NCBI GenBank assembly: GCA_025201805.1
Contig: MU619248.1
Location: 124,001-188,000 of the forward strand
DNA length: 64,000 bases
From: Parasitella parasitica NRRL 2501
Lineage: Eukaryota; Fungi; Mucoromycota
Direction: 5' to 3'
The stretch's first letter is position 1. Every line of letters begins with the position of its first letter. Below, piece after piece: positions 25,262-39,013 of this stretch. Below the pieces are notes generated by a model. It ran no database searches and was not told where the DNA came from. It saw only the letters and a program-made list of their open reading frames with translations. Position numbers and translations under genes: made by a program.

Positions 25262-27889
25262 ATGCCCGGGTTTGTTTTGGAAGAACCGTTCCCTTTAGCT
25301 CGCTTTCACACCACTGTTGGAGAAAGTGATGGGAAGCACTTTGTTGTAGGACTCGATTCCCTGGAAAGCACATTAAACAACAGCTCTTCTGAACCTCTTG
25401 ACGATGTTGATTTCGTTGCCATCACTGTCCAAGGTGAAGGCTTCAAAATATACAATGTAATTAAAATAGACACTCTACCGATATCTTGATCTAACACACC
25501 TTATTTACAGACTACGGATCAGAAATGCACCAAATCTTGGACCACACCACCGGGCATTGCCTTTGTTGGACCTGCAACCCACATCGATGGCGGCAGAGAC
25601 TCAGACGCTGTTGACTATACATATACTATTGTTGCATCAGGCCCTGATGTTGCCAAGGATGAAGAACGTAAGACAATTTGGCTATGGAAAAATACTAAAA
25701 CGGATGACAACGAGGAAATCGATAAAACTGTCAAAACTGTAAGATCAGACTATATTTTGCGTGGCGATTGTCATTAAAGTTTAACGTTTCTCATCCAGTT
25801 TGACGAACATCTCAGTGCTATTCATGTGTCACCAGCATTACATTCCCATGTCATCATTGTCAGTGAAAGTGGATCAATTGAACTAGCCACCAAGGACTTG
25901 GATCGTTTGACGGCTAAGCAAAAGGCACAAAAGAATACCAATATCATTTGGTCTACTGTTTTTGTGACCTCCAATGCACACACTCGTCCTTGCTGTATCC
26001 CATCTTCCATGGTGCCGTCAATGTCAACTATAGTAGTTACAGTCAGTAATGTCGCTGGATCAGATGTTTACACCATCAAGCTCAACTATGTTAATGTTGA
26101 ACGTAGAAGCATAGATGTCCTCACTAGTATTGATCTTAGCTTGTCAGAAAAACCTGTGGCCTTCACTCTGGACCCAACTGATGGCCGCTTAACCATTTTG
26201 GGCGCTGCTGGAAACTGGACTGTTTGGCGCATGCAGTTGAAGCATAGCTCTTCAAAGAAGATCTCTGGCTCTCTGAATGAACATTTGTCCATTCAGCTCA
26301 ACGGTTATCGCTTCCAAGACGAAGTTTTAGGCAATATTGCTTCTGTCACGCCATTATCTGATAGCTACGTCGCCATGATTGCACCTCGCACGGCTAAAAA
26401 TGGGCAAGTCGAACATGTTGTTAGTGTTTGGGATGTTAAATACGGTACTCTCCAAGCCGAGCAATTGATCAAAATGACCGAAAAGAATACTTTCAATAAG
26501 GATACATGTGTTTACAAAATTGCTGTACTGTCCAACTCCCATTTAGCCATTACTGTGTCTTCTATTGCCACCAAATCTACAAAAAAGAATAACAAATCTT
26601 CCAAAAAGATGGTCGACACAAATTCTGTCGTTATGCTGTGCCCTTATTACAGTGAACCTGTCTCATTAATGGCTGCTATGGGCAAAATGAAGCAAACTGT
26701 CGAATTTATGGGCATCAATAATGAAATTACCTCAGACGAGAATATCGGCTATTCTCGCAGTGGAAATGAAACCGTTAGCCGCGATTTTGCTTTCCATCCC
26801 GACGAAGATTCTGATGTAGTTTATGATAAATGGGTGTCCAGATTAGAGAAATATCAAAAGCAAGAAACCAACAGTTTATCCAAGTTAATGGCTGATGATA
26901 TCTCTGGCGAGGATTTCAGTAAAATTTTTTTTGATCATGTCAATGTCAACATCAATGCTAAAATCGCAGAAGATACTACTATGAGGGAGGCATCCTCGGA
27001 TCTTGTTCACGCAAAGACTATGGAGTACCGTCAAATCATGGAATCACGATTTGCCAATACTAAAAAGGCAGACATAGAATTATCACAGTTTTTTATATCA
27101 AGCGTCATCACCAAATGTTTCCAACATGATCAAGCTAAATTCTGGCCAGTGGATGTGATTTTATTTTTATTGTCAAGGTCATTACTACGTAGCAACTATT
27201 CAGATAAAGGAATCATTAGTTCTTTCTTGGAAAGAAAAAAATGGGCTCTCATTCCTATCGTCTTGGAGAAAGTTCACGATATTCCAGAAAATGATTTGGT
27301 GACGCTCATCAAGGCTTTAATCGTTCTGTACAACAGCGAAGACGAATGGAAGGCACGGTTCAGCTCATATATGAAAATGATTGTAGATGCCCCCAGAAAC
27401 GATATATTTTTACAGCAATCTTTAAAACGGATCAATGCTGCTGAATTACCAACTATTCTCGAAACGATTGTCAATTGGCTAAAGGACAAGTCTTCCAATC
27501 TAACGAAACGTAGCAATGTATGTTGATTTTAATTTAAAATTTCTACGACTAACACTTGTCTTTGGCAGATTGTTGATTTTGCCAATAGTCTACTGGATAT
27601 TCATTTCCCTACACTTATTTTGGAACCTAAATTACAAGAACTTGCACTTAAACTACGAGGACTTGTTGCTAGCGAGATTGAAGTCATTGATGATTTAGAA
27701 CAACTAAAAAATATTTTGGGTGCTTATGATCGCAAGAATAAGCATGCAACTGCTAAGCGTATAGAGAGACAAACAAGAGAGCAAGACGCTCCTGTTGACG
27801 AACTGACTAAATTCCGTAAGAAGAACAAGGGTAAATTTGGTGGAGAGCAAGGTATACCAGTCTACAGAGTGGAGGTATTCAGATTCTAG
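25262..27889 (+). CDS. UTP8/NOL11-like SSU processome (UtpA) component, multi-exon
   Basis: N-terminal beta-propeller-like region (VWDVKYGTLQA), DIPENDLV helical region, LLDIHFPTLIL and C-terminal IPVYRVEVFRF resembling the Utp8/NOL11 terminus. Confidence 0.7.
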
Positions 27890-29176
27890 TTGTAGTAAAT
27901 ATAGAGACAATCATTTTATTTCTGGCGATGTTGTAATAAAAATTAGCATCTTGGTTTTATAAGTTCGGTCTGTATTTTGAACAGAAATTTCCAGAGGATG
28001 CCCTGTAATAAAAAGCGTTGACTTATTCATATTTTTATTGATATTATGCATAATGTCAGGTTTCAATGACCTTCAACATAAAAATCACCTTACAACTGTG
28101 ACACATGTCTTACTGATTTAGTATTAGAAAAAATGTTTCATGCGAATTATGAGAACGGTTAAAATACTTTTCTTGTGGAAAAATCATGCAGAAACCACAT
28201 ATTATGAAAAAAAAAAAAAAGAAAAAAAAAAAAGATTACAAATACGTTTAACCTACCGCTATGTAATAGTAGGACCACAAAAAAAGCTTAAAATGCTAGC
28301 CTGAATCTCGTACTCTTTGTCAAAAATATAGTGTAGAAGTACAAAGCAAATATCTTTGAAGGTATGTGTAGAAATCATCTGTTAAAAAAAAAAAAGATCA
28401 ATTTCAGATATTTAAATGTGTACATGACTTTTCAACAACGGTATTAGCGTCCGAGGAGGCTAAACCATTCAGCCAGGGATAACGTAAATCATCATATGAA
28501 TTTTCGAGTTTTTCAAAAAACCCAAACATAACACCTGCATCACAAAGGTATTTCGATAGCACAGACTCTTTGCGACAGAATTGCCTGCCAAACAAATGCG
28601 TCAATAATCTTATCTGAGATTCAATTGTATTTTTTAATTTTCATCTTGGAGGTAAAGCTACATATCACGTGATTAATTTCGATCCGGAGTAATTGTCGGA
28701 ATACAATCTTGATCCGGGTATGCTTGAACATGCGTTGACGGAAAATTCATCAAAAGAGTCTATTCGCTCAATTTTTGAAACAAATTTTTGAATAAAACAT
28801 TATCTTGTTGATCAGATTTAATAGAAAAATTCTGGCTATCTGCATGAATCTTTCATTTTTACCGATTATATGAAAAGATATTGTTTTTCTTGATAGAAAT
28901 TTATATGTTTGCAGTTGATTGCTTTTCATTTTGAGCACACAATATAATTGTGATCAATTAAGCAATGTTCGTCATGTTTTCAGGTTGCATGATAATGAGA
29001 AAAGCTTCCAATAAGAAGTAGACGCAAGATCTTGGCGAAAATGAAAGACCAGAAACATGGGAAGCAGACAATCAAATCCAATAAAGAAAATTCGATCAAA
29101 TGAAACGCTAAGTATTACCTCATAACTCACAAACTTTGTTTCGGTTATCGAGTTTAAGCTTTTGCGTTTGAAATGT

Positions 29177-29210
29177 TATAAAAAGAGTGTAAAATCTTGA
29201 TGTTTAATTC
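29177..29210 (+). promoter_or_regulatory. TATA-containing core promoter of the FAS1 gene
   Basis: TATAAAAAG ~69 nt upstream of ATG 29246. Confidence 0.6.
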
Positions 29211-29245
29211 CAATTACGAAAAAAGTTTTTTGATACAATTAAATC

Positions 29246-30469
29246 ATGCAACTTAGTAAACTTTTATCTCTTGTTCTACTTGGTGCATCTGCTGCCGCTG
29301 CGCAACAACAGCAACCCACTGGCGATGGTTCTGATCAACCCACTGGAAATAGCTCTGCTACTATTATTGAACTTTTGACATCTCCTAATAACTTTTTGGG
29401 AGTCTCCAAGTTTGTCGATCTTGTTCAATCTGATGATGGTTACAAGCCTGTTGTTGATCTCTTGAGTCAACCTGGTAATTACACTTGCCTTGTCCCTAAT
29501 GACCGTGTTATGAATAAGCTTCTGAAGGTTTGGAAAGCTTATTCAAAGGCGAAAGGCCTCAATGCAACCACTTACCCTCCTGCCAACTTGACCATTGAAA
29601 ACCTTACTCTCGCCGACGTCGTTAGCTATCATGTTCTCAATGACAAGGTTCAACTTGCCAATATGAGCAACTATGTTAATGTTGCTCATTCTATCTTGAA
29701 CACTTCTAATGCCGATCATCTTGGTACTGGTTTGCCTGTTCTCATTGAGAATAATGCTACTTGGAGCCAATTCAATAATCAAACCTGGTTGCAATCCTAT
29801 GGCCAATATCTTGAGTACGAAGTTGGCAATGGTAATGATGATGCTGACGTCGTCTACAAGGATCTTGAAGCCTCCAATGGTTATGTCAATGTCATTTCAT
29901 CTGGTAAGCTTATTTTGCTCATGAGCTGTTCGCTTTAATTTGATTTATTAAACACCATCTACTCAGTATTGATTCCTCCTATGAAACCAAGTGTTGTGCT
30001 TGAAGAAACTGATGATGTTGAAGACATTGCTGACCTCCTGGCTCAATATCCTGACATTGCTGCTCATCTTGATAGTATGAATAACTTTACGTTCTTTGCT
30101 CCGAATGATAGAGCCTTGAAAGGCGTCAATTTCAGGAATATGGATAACGACACTATCAAGGAAACTATCTTGAATCATTTTGTTCAGGGTGTTTACTACA
30201 CAACCAACTTTACTGCTCTTGGTACTTCTAACAATGGCAGATTCAATTTGACCACTTTAAATAACGGTACTTTGCCCGTTTTTGTCAACGGCTCCACCAT
30301 CACTTTGAACAACACTGCTCGTGTTGTTGAACCCAACATCTTCTTCAACAATGGTGTCATGCACGTCATTAACAAGAAGTTAAATGCAACAAGCTCTAGC
30401 AGCAGCAATAGCACTAACGCCAGCAGCAGTGTTGTCAGTACCGCTAGTGCCACAAACACTAATGCTTAA
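29246..30469 (+). CDS. Secreted glycoprotein with two fasciclin (FAS1) domains, 2 exons
   Basis: Signal peptide MQLSKLLSLVLLGASAAA; H1 YTCLVPNDR and FTFFAPNDRA; YHV/NHF; H2 ASNGYVNVISSVL and NNGVMHVINKKL; many NxS/T sites. Confidence 0.9.
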
Positions 30470-30885
30470 ATACATGTATCCTCTTTACTTATAAAAAACA
30501 AACCCTGTTCCTTGTAAATTCCTTGATCCTACCTTTTTAATTTGAATAAACTCTCATAAAATGCTACGAACCCTAGGCTACAACCCATGCATAATATTGC
30601 TAAGTTTTCCAGTGGATATGTTTGAGATTCCACTTCGTATAGATTCAACTATGAAGTAATAATGAACCAGGAAGTTTCGAAATGTCCATATAGATTTCTC
30701 TTTCAATTTGGAACAGTAGCAGACTGCCTCCAATTGATAAAAACCACCTAGGTTTTCTTTTGGAAAACTCTTATTTATTAAAATGAGGGAACATCTTTAA
30801 TTTTTCATAATGCGTAAGTTTACCCAACATACCATATTGGAATTTACATGATATTTACAGGATATGTGTATGATATCAAGGTATC

Positions 30886-32989
30886 TTAGCGAATCACAGC
30901 TTCTACAATGTCATGTTCATGTTGGTTCCAGGTGGCAATATTGAAACGCTGAGCAAGAACAACATAAGACATCATCACCAACATTTCTTTGAAAAGCAAG
31001 AAATCACCGTTTTCCAAATAAAGATTTTTGCTTTCAAGGAATTTACTAGTATTGAGCCACCCCAGTTTATCAAGGTTTTCCTTAGTGATGAGTTTATTGA
31101 CCAGGGCAATAATCTTGGGTTTTCGGCCTTCTGGGGAAGGGGCCATGTAAGGGTGCTTGGTACGTTTATACATCTCGTCGGTAATGTACGGCTTGACAGC
31201 TTCTTTGAGGACCCACTTTTCATTCAGGGAGCCATCTTGCTCGCACTTGATCTTGAGAGACGGAGGAAGATGATTAACATATTCACAAAGGTGATGGTCC
31301 AAAAAAGGCGTACGTGCTTCGATAGAATGTGCCATTTCGCTACGATCACCAAGCAAGTTACAGAGATAGTTTGGAAGCATAGTATGATTTTCAAGATACA
31401 GGGCTGTGTGAAGAGGATGCCAAGTACTGTTGATCTTCTTGCGCGCAATGTCATTAATGCCTTTAGCTATAGTGAGCGCAGGATTGGGAAGCCCAAATTG
31501 AGAAACAGCAGCATCAGCAAAAATTTCGTCTTGAACGGCAAGAGCCTTTCCCAACATCGTGTGGATGCTGACATTATTGAGCATCTTGCGAGTTTTGCTG
31601 GCTTCATGGATGTCAAGACCTAGGAACAAATTCTCGCTGTTATTTTTGAATTCATCTTGATTATCAAATAGCTCAAGTTTAGCTTCTCGCTTTTCGTCCG
31701 AAAGAGTGCCAAACCCATCAGGCGAGGCACGATCGGGCTCACGAAGATAGTCACCGCCAAAGAAATCATAGCCTCCAAAATGCTCGTCTGAGCCCTCGCC
31801 GGTCAGCACTACCTTGTAACCTTGATCACGAACATGTCTCGAGAGAAGGAACTTGCCAACAAAATTCAAGTTATAGGCAGGCTGCTCAACATGCCATACA
31901 GATTCTTCAAAACTATCCAGAAGATCATCCTCCGTAAGCGACAGCTTGTCAAATTCAGCTTGGCAGAATTTAGCAGTTTTCTCAGCAATTTCAGATTCAT
32001 CAAATTTATCGCTCTCCACAAAAGATATAGAGAAGGTTCTCAGCTTAGCGTCAGGATCCTTCTCTCGCAAAATTAAAGACGCGATACCAGCAATACACGA
32101 GCTATCAATACCGCCACTGAGATACACGCCGACAGGCACATCAGCCCTCATTCTATGCCTAATTGCCTCGAACAAATGATCATGTACTCCCTTCACCATG
32201 TCATCTACAGTGCGCACTTCCTTGACGTTCTTATCAGGGTAATTAGCGTCCCAATAAGGGCAGATTTCTATAGATCCAGCCGAACTAGCAATCAAATAAT
32301 GGGCGGGAGGTAACTTGTAGACGCCCTTGAAACAAGTCCTCGAATCAGCGACATGACCACCGTTCATGATGGAGTCGACATCCCACTCCGGCTTCCACCC
32401 TAAAGGAATGAATGCCTTGATTTCACTAGCAGCGACCAAAGTGCCATTGTAGACCGTATAGTACAAAGGCTTGATGCCGAAACGATCGCGAGCAGCAATG
32501 AAAAGATCTTTTTTGGCATCGTAAATGTTCAAAGCAAATTCACCACGAAGATGGTTGACAAACGATAGGCCGTACTCTTCGTAAAGATGGAGAGCAATTT
32601 CGCTATCACTGTTCGTGATGAATTCATGCCCCTTGGCTTGCAATTCGCTTCTAATGCTTTCAAAGTCATACAGTTCACCGTTGACGACAGATTGGATAGT
32701 GCCAGAAACATTACAAAGAGGCTGTTGGCCACCATTTAAATCGATAATGGAGAGACGAACATGGCCAAGGCCTGTATGTATGGCCGCAGAAGAGCAAAAA
32801 TGTTAGTAAAACATGGAGTCCAACTTTGAGCACTGTATACTTGCCGCAGCGGCCGTTGGGAGAGATGTATCTTCCACGAGAATCAGGGCCGCGATGATGA
32901 ATACTTTGCAAGGCAGTATCGAGATCAAGGTTGGGAAAACTTTTGTTGTCAGAGGTGTCAAAATGAAAATAACTACAGAACCCACACAT
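30886..32989 (-). CDS. AsnB-family glutamine-hydrolysing amidotransferase (asparagine synthetase-like), 2 exons
   Basis: N-terminal MCG nucleophile, HRGPD, GHVRLSIIDL..GQQP, VNGELY, SDSEI, RDRFGIKPLYY, PP-loop YLSGGIDSS, LTGEGSDEHFGGY, DRSEMAHSIEARTPFLDH, EKWVLKEA; intron 32772-32844. Confidence 0.93.
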
Positions 32990-33349
32990 GTTGTATATAC
33001 CGTATATGAAAAAAACGATAAAGGCGCGTTAGGCTCATCAAGTGTCTATTTTATATTTACCGTTTTGTTTCAATTTACGGTCTGATGTTCAAGGTTACAC
33101 GCAGTTTAGGCACGTACATGTAAACTAGCAACTTGCGCTGATAATGGAACGATGAAACGAAACAAGATGCCATACATATTTTAAAAGCAAAAAACCCAAA
33201 AAAAACTGTTGACATGCATACATAAAATATGTGATCAAGCCAAACATGTCATAGATCATGAGAGGCGTCCAAGAAATATACCTGTTAATGTTTTTATTGT
33301 GGATAATGACGATATATAAAAAAGGAGTGGATGCGTGAGTAATGGCATT

Positions 33350-34162
33350 CTAGGCACAAGTAGTTGGTCTTTTGTCATATATAATAAATTCTTGATTCGA
33401 CACTAAAGGAATTTCCAGTGGCACTGGCATTCTATTCATGATCTGCTTCAATTTTTCATGCAGTAAGGCTTCTATATCGTTAGTCTGTATTGACTCAAAA
33501 TGGATGTTGGTTTTTGACAGTAGATATATCCTTTTTATGTCTGGGTAAACGTTGATTAACCTGAGCACATGTTCATTTAGCCATGTTTTGCGACTCGCGA
33601 GCATAAGGAGCTGCAAATCGTTGCTTGTAGGTCTTTTCTTTTCCAATACTGTGATGAATGTTTCTGCATGAATATGTATCTCACAGCCTAGTACAAGATT
33701 AGTCATCTCAGGTGACTGCAGCAGCAGGTTACCCAGCGTATATGCATCTACTGATACAAAGTTGGTCTGCTGCGATGAGCCAATGAGCTCCAGTGTCTTG
33801 ATCTTGAGTGATTGGGATGGAAATAGCCTTAGGCAGTGATCTGACAGTGTTGTCCAGCCACATATCGTTAAATGTTGCAAATTCGGACATTGACCCAGCA
33901 AATACTGCACAATATTGTCACGAACACCCCATATGCGGATAGATTGAATGTGAAGCAGATGGGGATCGATAGCGTCTTTGAGTTCTGTCAGCTTCCAGAG
34001 TTCTTGCAGTGAGGATGGCTGTAAATCAATCGACTTCCAATTCATAGGCTGATCACAAAAGGTACGCATGAATTTGCAAGTGAGCCTTAGCGATGACAGG
34101 TCTTGGCAAGACAAATGCGATGCGACATTAAACAGCAACTCTGAAGGTAAATTGCCCAGCAT
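33350..34162 (-). CDS. F-box protein with LRR-like repeats, intronless
   Basis: LGNLPSELLFNVASHLSCQDLSSLRLTCKFMR...W followed by CPNLQHLTICG. Confidence 0.85.
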   Translation of the reverse strand: MLGNLPSELLFNVASHLSCQDLSSLRLTCKFMRTFCDQPMNWKSIDLQPSSLQELWKLTELKDAIDPHLLHIQSIRIWGVRDNIVQYLLGQCPNLQHLTICGWTTLSDHCLRLFPSQSLKIKTLELIGSSQQTNFVSVDAYTLGNLLLQSPEMTNLVLGCEIHIHAETFITVLEKKRPTSNDLQLLMLASRKTWLNEHVLRLINVYPDIKRIYLLSKTNIHFESIQTNDIEALLHEKLKQIMNRMPVPLEIPLVSNQEFIIYDKRPTTCA

Positions 34163-34416
34163 TTTATGTATATAAAGAGTTTAGTGTATGTAATCCAAGA
34201 AGGAAAAGGCGAGTTATCTTGGGGTTCTCTTTTTTTACTGAAAAAAAAAAAGCACATTTTATCTACAAGGGTTGGTAAAAAAAAAAAAAAAGAAAAAGAA
34301 ACTACTACCGTTTCATCTACACACCAAATGAAAAAGGGATCGGCATATGCGCCATTTTCAAGACTGTGCACATCATTGATCGATATTGGTATTGACAACG
34401 AAATATTGCCGAGACA

Positions 34417-35702
34417 TCAATCCTTGGTCTTCTTCTTTTGGCCAACGCTCCAGCAGCCGGGGCAATTATGTAATACTTCATGGACAAAAATATCGCACTC
34501 TGCACAGAATTCCTGCTCACATTTAGGACACGAAAATTTACTTGCAGCCTCTGTCTTGTCGAATTCAATTAAACACGAGAAACAATGGATATCGCGGCCG
34601 CTGTTGTTCTTGACTTCGTCAAAATTATCCACTGGAAACAAATGATGGTAGGATCTGGCCAAGTGAGGCGAGGATACGAGCGTGAGTCCACAAATGTCGC
34701 AATCGCTCGGCAATTCGCACACCTTGGACTTGCATCGAGGGCAAATGTATCCCCCCAATGTTAGCTTTGAATGGCACACGCAAAAACTAGGCTGGTCTTC
34801 TATCAATCTTTTGGGGAATCCCATTGTCACCAAATTCGATGTGTTTTTGCTAGGCAACACTGCTGGTGGCGGCACAACCTCAAACAAGAGGTCTTTATAG
34901 TGCGCTTCGTTCAATACAACACCGTATGTTCCCTTGGTTGCTTCACATAATAATCGACATATCTGTACTTCAGCAGCTAGACCAACAATATTCACTCGCA
35001 CCATCTCTTTCTTCAACAAGTCCATGGTTTCATGAATATCATAGGGGTCACATGTAGTCAGCGAACCAAAAACCAGTAGCACTTCTTTTGATCCATGGCT
35101 CGGCACACCGAGCATACTAGCTCTAGCTAACTGCAGCGAATTCTGTAGCGAGGGCTCCCCGCTAGTTTCTGTATTTTTTTTGGTTTTCAGCGCTTTGATA
35201 TGGTCGGTTGGATTTCCACTGAGTTCTGTTAGTTTCTCGGCAATGCCGTCTCTGGTGACAATGATGCCAAGTTGGGATATAGGGTTTTGGTCAAAATACT
35301 CAATTACAAACTGCTGCGCATAAGTCAACGTCAACTCTACGCGACTAGGCCTCAGGTCCTTTTCGTTCATTGCCTCTGACAAGTCGATGACAAGAAATAA
35401 ATGCCGGATGATACCTCGTTGTATGATTGCTGTGTCTTTCAATAATCTATATGATGAATATGTGTTAGGTAGGATATGCTTTGCAGCCGTTTCTGTGAGT
35501 ACCTTCGTCGTTTTCTCTGTTGTTGCAACTGCGATACGACACTGCTTAGTCGACCTTCTGAATCTTCTTGCAAGATGTCCCAGGATCTCTTGTATTCTTC
35601 CTCCCAAGCATAACCCCCATTTCCAGCATCATCGTCTTGGTTAGCGTCATATGTATCGTCGACATCGATATAATCATCGTCTGCTGGCTTTCTTGATGCC
35701 AT
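34417..35702 (-). CDS. SSL1: TFIIH p44 subunit Ssl1/GTF2H2, 2 exons
   Basis: GYAWEEEYKRSWD, QRGIIRHLFLVIDLS, DLRPSR, EYFDQNPISQLG, GEPSLQN, CPRCKSKVCELP..C..C, LARSYHHLFP, C-terminal RING-like domain. Confidence 0.96.
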
Positions 35703-36479
35703 TTTGAGTCTTGTCTACGGAAGCAAAAGAGAAAGTACTGGTATGCCGCAGAAGGCAACTTGACTGTCCCAGAAGGACTTTTTTTTTTTTTTTTTCTTAG
35801 TTGCTTGAATGGGATATCATCAGGGGTGATCACGGAGAGAGACTTTTACACTGCTACATAGTAAACCTCTCAAAATCTGTGCAGTAACAGCCATTTTTGC
35901 CCGAGATTCCGTGTTTATCTGGGCCACTTGTTTGCGGTGACGCTCAGATAATCATTTTCAGCGAGCATTGCTTCACTCTCTATCTACCGGATGTTTGAAG
36001 ACTCTGCCCAGTTTTTTGACATTTTTGACGGATTGAATTACTCCAAACAATCAGACCAATTTGATCAGCATCTCGAAATAAATCGGCCGTAATTTGCCGT
36101 TACTTCTTGGCTCATTCCCTGGATAACAGACCAAGTCCAAGATCTTCTCAACCAAATCGATCACGTTCTCAAAGTTTGCTCTCGGTAAGTTGGCTTTACT
36201 GGCAGCATCGCGTCAAGAGATTGAATGTAAAAATGGTGCTGATAATAAATACATACCGTGCCACATTCAGATCTGTAGCCAAAATGCTTGTAGGCAATGT
36301 GAGATCAGGTATGAGGACGCTGTTAGTCCCTGAATTTCTCGCGACATACATATTGATAACACTAAAAGGTGCAAGACAGATATTGAGACAAGCACAGCCA
36401 ATAATACAACCCCAAATAATAACTAATTTTAAGAACAAATGTGAATAACCATGATAAAAGCAATAGTAGCGATGTAACT

Positions 36480-36770
36480 GCACTCAAGGGCAATAGCTTT
36501 ATATTGGTAGCAATGGATCTCTTGCCTAGATTTGTTGTATTACAACCATCACCCAACAAATCAGCGTCTACAGTTGCAAAAAAATTAGCATCAATATTTT
36601 CTAGTTTATTTAACATCCAGCTTTTGCTTCTCATGATTATGGAAAGAAATTGTCATTTCAGCTAGTAGAGAGTATAGCAGTAAATGCTCAAATCGAATAA
36701 CGTCGCCATAGTATAAGGAAGCAGCAGTGAAATCTACCAAGCACTTGTTATCAAAATGTTAGGCGGTTGT
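36480..36770 (+). mobile_element. Ty3/gypsy-like retrotransposon integrase core relic
   Basis: FILVAMDLLPRFVVLQPSPNKSASTVAKKLASIFS, then frameshifted SHDYGKKL (degenerate SDNG.EF) and EAAVKSTKHLLSK (DDE third residue region). Confidence 0.7.
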
Positions 36771-38425
36771 GAATTTATCCCTCAATAGTATAGCTCATAG
36801 TCTAGATTTGCATAAATCGAGATTATTTAGGCAAACGTATCACTCTCTTTTGGAATAAACCTGCGGCGCATTAGCAATTGTTGCAAAACTTGTCTACAAA
36901 AGCTTTCATTGAACATTGAAAGACAAACCACAACGTGAATTGATGAGATCCTTGTACTTGCTATATTACAGAAGAAACAGAAAACTAATGCTGCTTACTT
37001 GAAGATATGAAATATTAGAAACCCCTTTCCCATGGAAACATCAGTCTTAATAAAAATGTAGAAAGCTACAAAAGCATCTTTTATAGTATTCATAATGGCT
37101 GCACAAAAATGGTAGCTACAATCTAAAAGACAAAACCAATATGTGAAATACATTCACTATAATGATCTGCATTTCAGTTCTAGATTCATTCATTTATCTT
37201 AAATTGACATAGACTACATATGTAACAGTTGATAAGATGTACAATACAGTTTTATACTATATAAGATTTGTTCTTAACATGTGTATTCAGAGTCTCTATA
37301 TACGCACTACAAGACATATACTTATATTCATGGTACTACCGGTACTAGTATTAGGATGCATACTTGCATTGGACCCCAAATCCATACGCAAAGTTGAAAA
37401 CTGAAAATCAAATACGAGGTTTGGGGTCCAAACATAGCAAAATCTGAAAAATGGTCAGAGATGCATGAAACTCGGATATGTTGTAGAATGGTGCAAAAAA
37501 AGAAGATTTTAGCTGAAGGTTATGTCTCCATCGCTTAATAATTTGTAAAGACACAAGAGATCGAAGCTTAGACGTTTAAGCTGGGGGAAAAGGTAGTATT
37601 CATGGTCAAGTGGCATTAATTGAACCAAAACATGAAGCTACATACAAATAGCCCTTGAAGTCATATTCTACAGCAACTTGGCTATTAATTCATATCAAGA
37701 CATAACCAGATTGCTTATGGAGTTCATGTTTTGCCTCTCTATTGAAATAAATGCTTCACTGCTAAAGGCCTATATTTATATATTCGTAATGGTAATTCAA
37801 GCTCAAAAATATGCTGCCGTTGCAACTTGCGCACATCCCTAATTCTCATTGCTTAGTACTTCAAAAAATAAGAGGTATAATATTATTGCAATTTTTTGCT
37901 AAATGTTTTTTGTCAGCCTTTGAATCCTGTGTTATGCGCAGAAGAGGATATATGAATATGATCTATTCAAAAAATGTAAAACTTGTATCAATAAAATCAG
38001 ACGCAAAAACTAATGACTTTATTGATAAGAAAATGCCATCCTTTTGTGCTAGATTATATATATTGTAGTACTATTCTTTTTATCGTGGTTAAACATTGAA
38101 CTTGGTATTATTGCACATCAAGGGCTTACCCTTTGTCATTGTATACAAAGAATTGTTAATCTAGTAATTGCTTAATCTTATGCCTCCCTGGCATAACAAA
38201 GAGAGCAATTCACAACCGCTTTATTTGAATAATTTTATGCCCTAGGAAATAAACTAGTTTATGATAGTACATAATATAAATACATTTACAAACAAGTGTC
38301 TAATAACATCTGTTGTCATTTCAGAACTTGATAGCCTATTGTACTGATGTGACCGTATAAATAGCAACATTTGGATTGCAATACTCTTTTCTTTTTCCCT
38401 TCATCAGTGTCGTCGAGAATTGACA

Positions 38426-38936
38426 ATGGCGAAAATACGTGCAGCTAAATTAACTCGCATCTCAAATATATCTCGACCAACTGTATACCCTCTCAATACT
38501 CCAGCTATTGAACGAAACTTAGAATGGCAAAGATCCCACGTGCAATTGAGGAACTATCTAGACCGAGCACAATATACAGAAGCCAGAGTATTATTCTCAG
38601 AAATAATTAAAACTGCAAAATACCCTCTGGAAAGTATTTGGAAAGTAAGTTTCTTTATGTTTATACGTTTATTTGCGTGTATGCATATTTTTACTTAGAC
38701 CAATCCTTTTAGATTGGTGTCGAGATAATAAGTAAAACATCGTCCAACGATTTGACTGACTATCTCAAAGCAGTATATATTGGCTCTTCAGAATCGTTGG
38801 TATGATGAAAATCAGTTTTTAAATGATAAAGCTAGATACCAATACTACCTTAGGCTCCAATTACATTCAACGTCTATATCGATCAACTAATGATTATTGA
38901 AAATTGGGATCTAGCACTTGAAGAGATGGAGCTGTC

Positions 38937-39013
<77 letters not shown>

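Noticed and set aside
30913-31623. 236-aa antisense ORF within the AsnB-like gene, and similar antisense ORFs over other genes
   Set aside because: Shadow frames arising from codon bias; no recognisable motifs
29246-34162. Possible secondary-metabolite cluster around the AsnB-like gene
   Set aside because: No backbone synthase, tailoring enzymes or pathway regulator nearby
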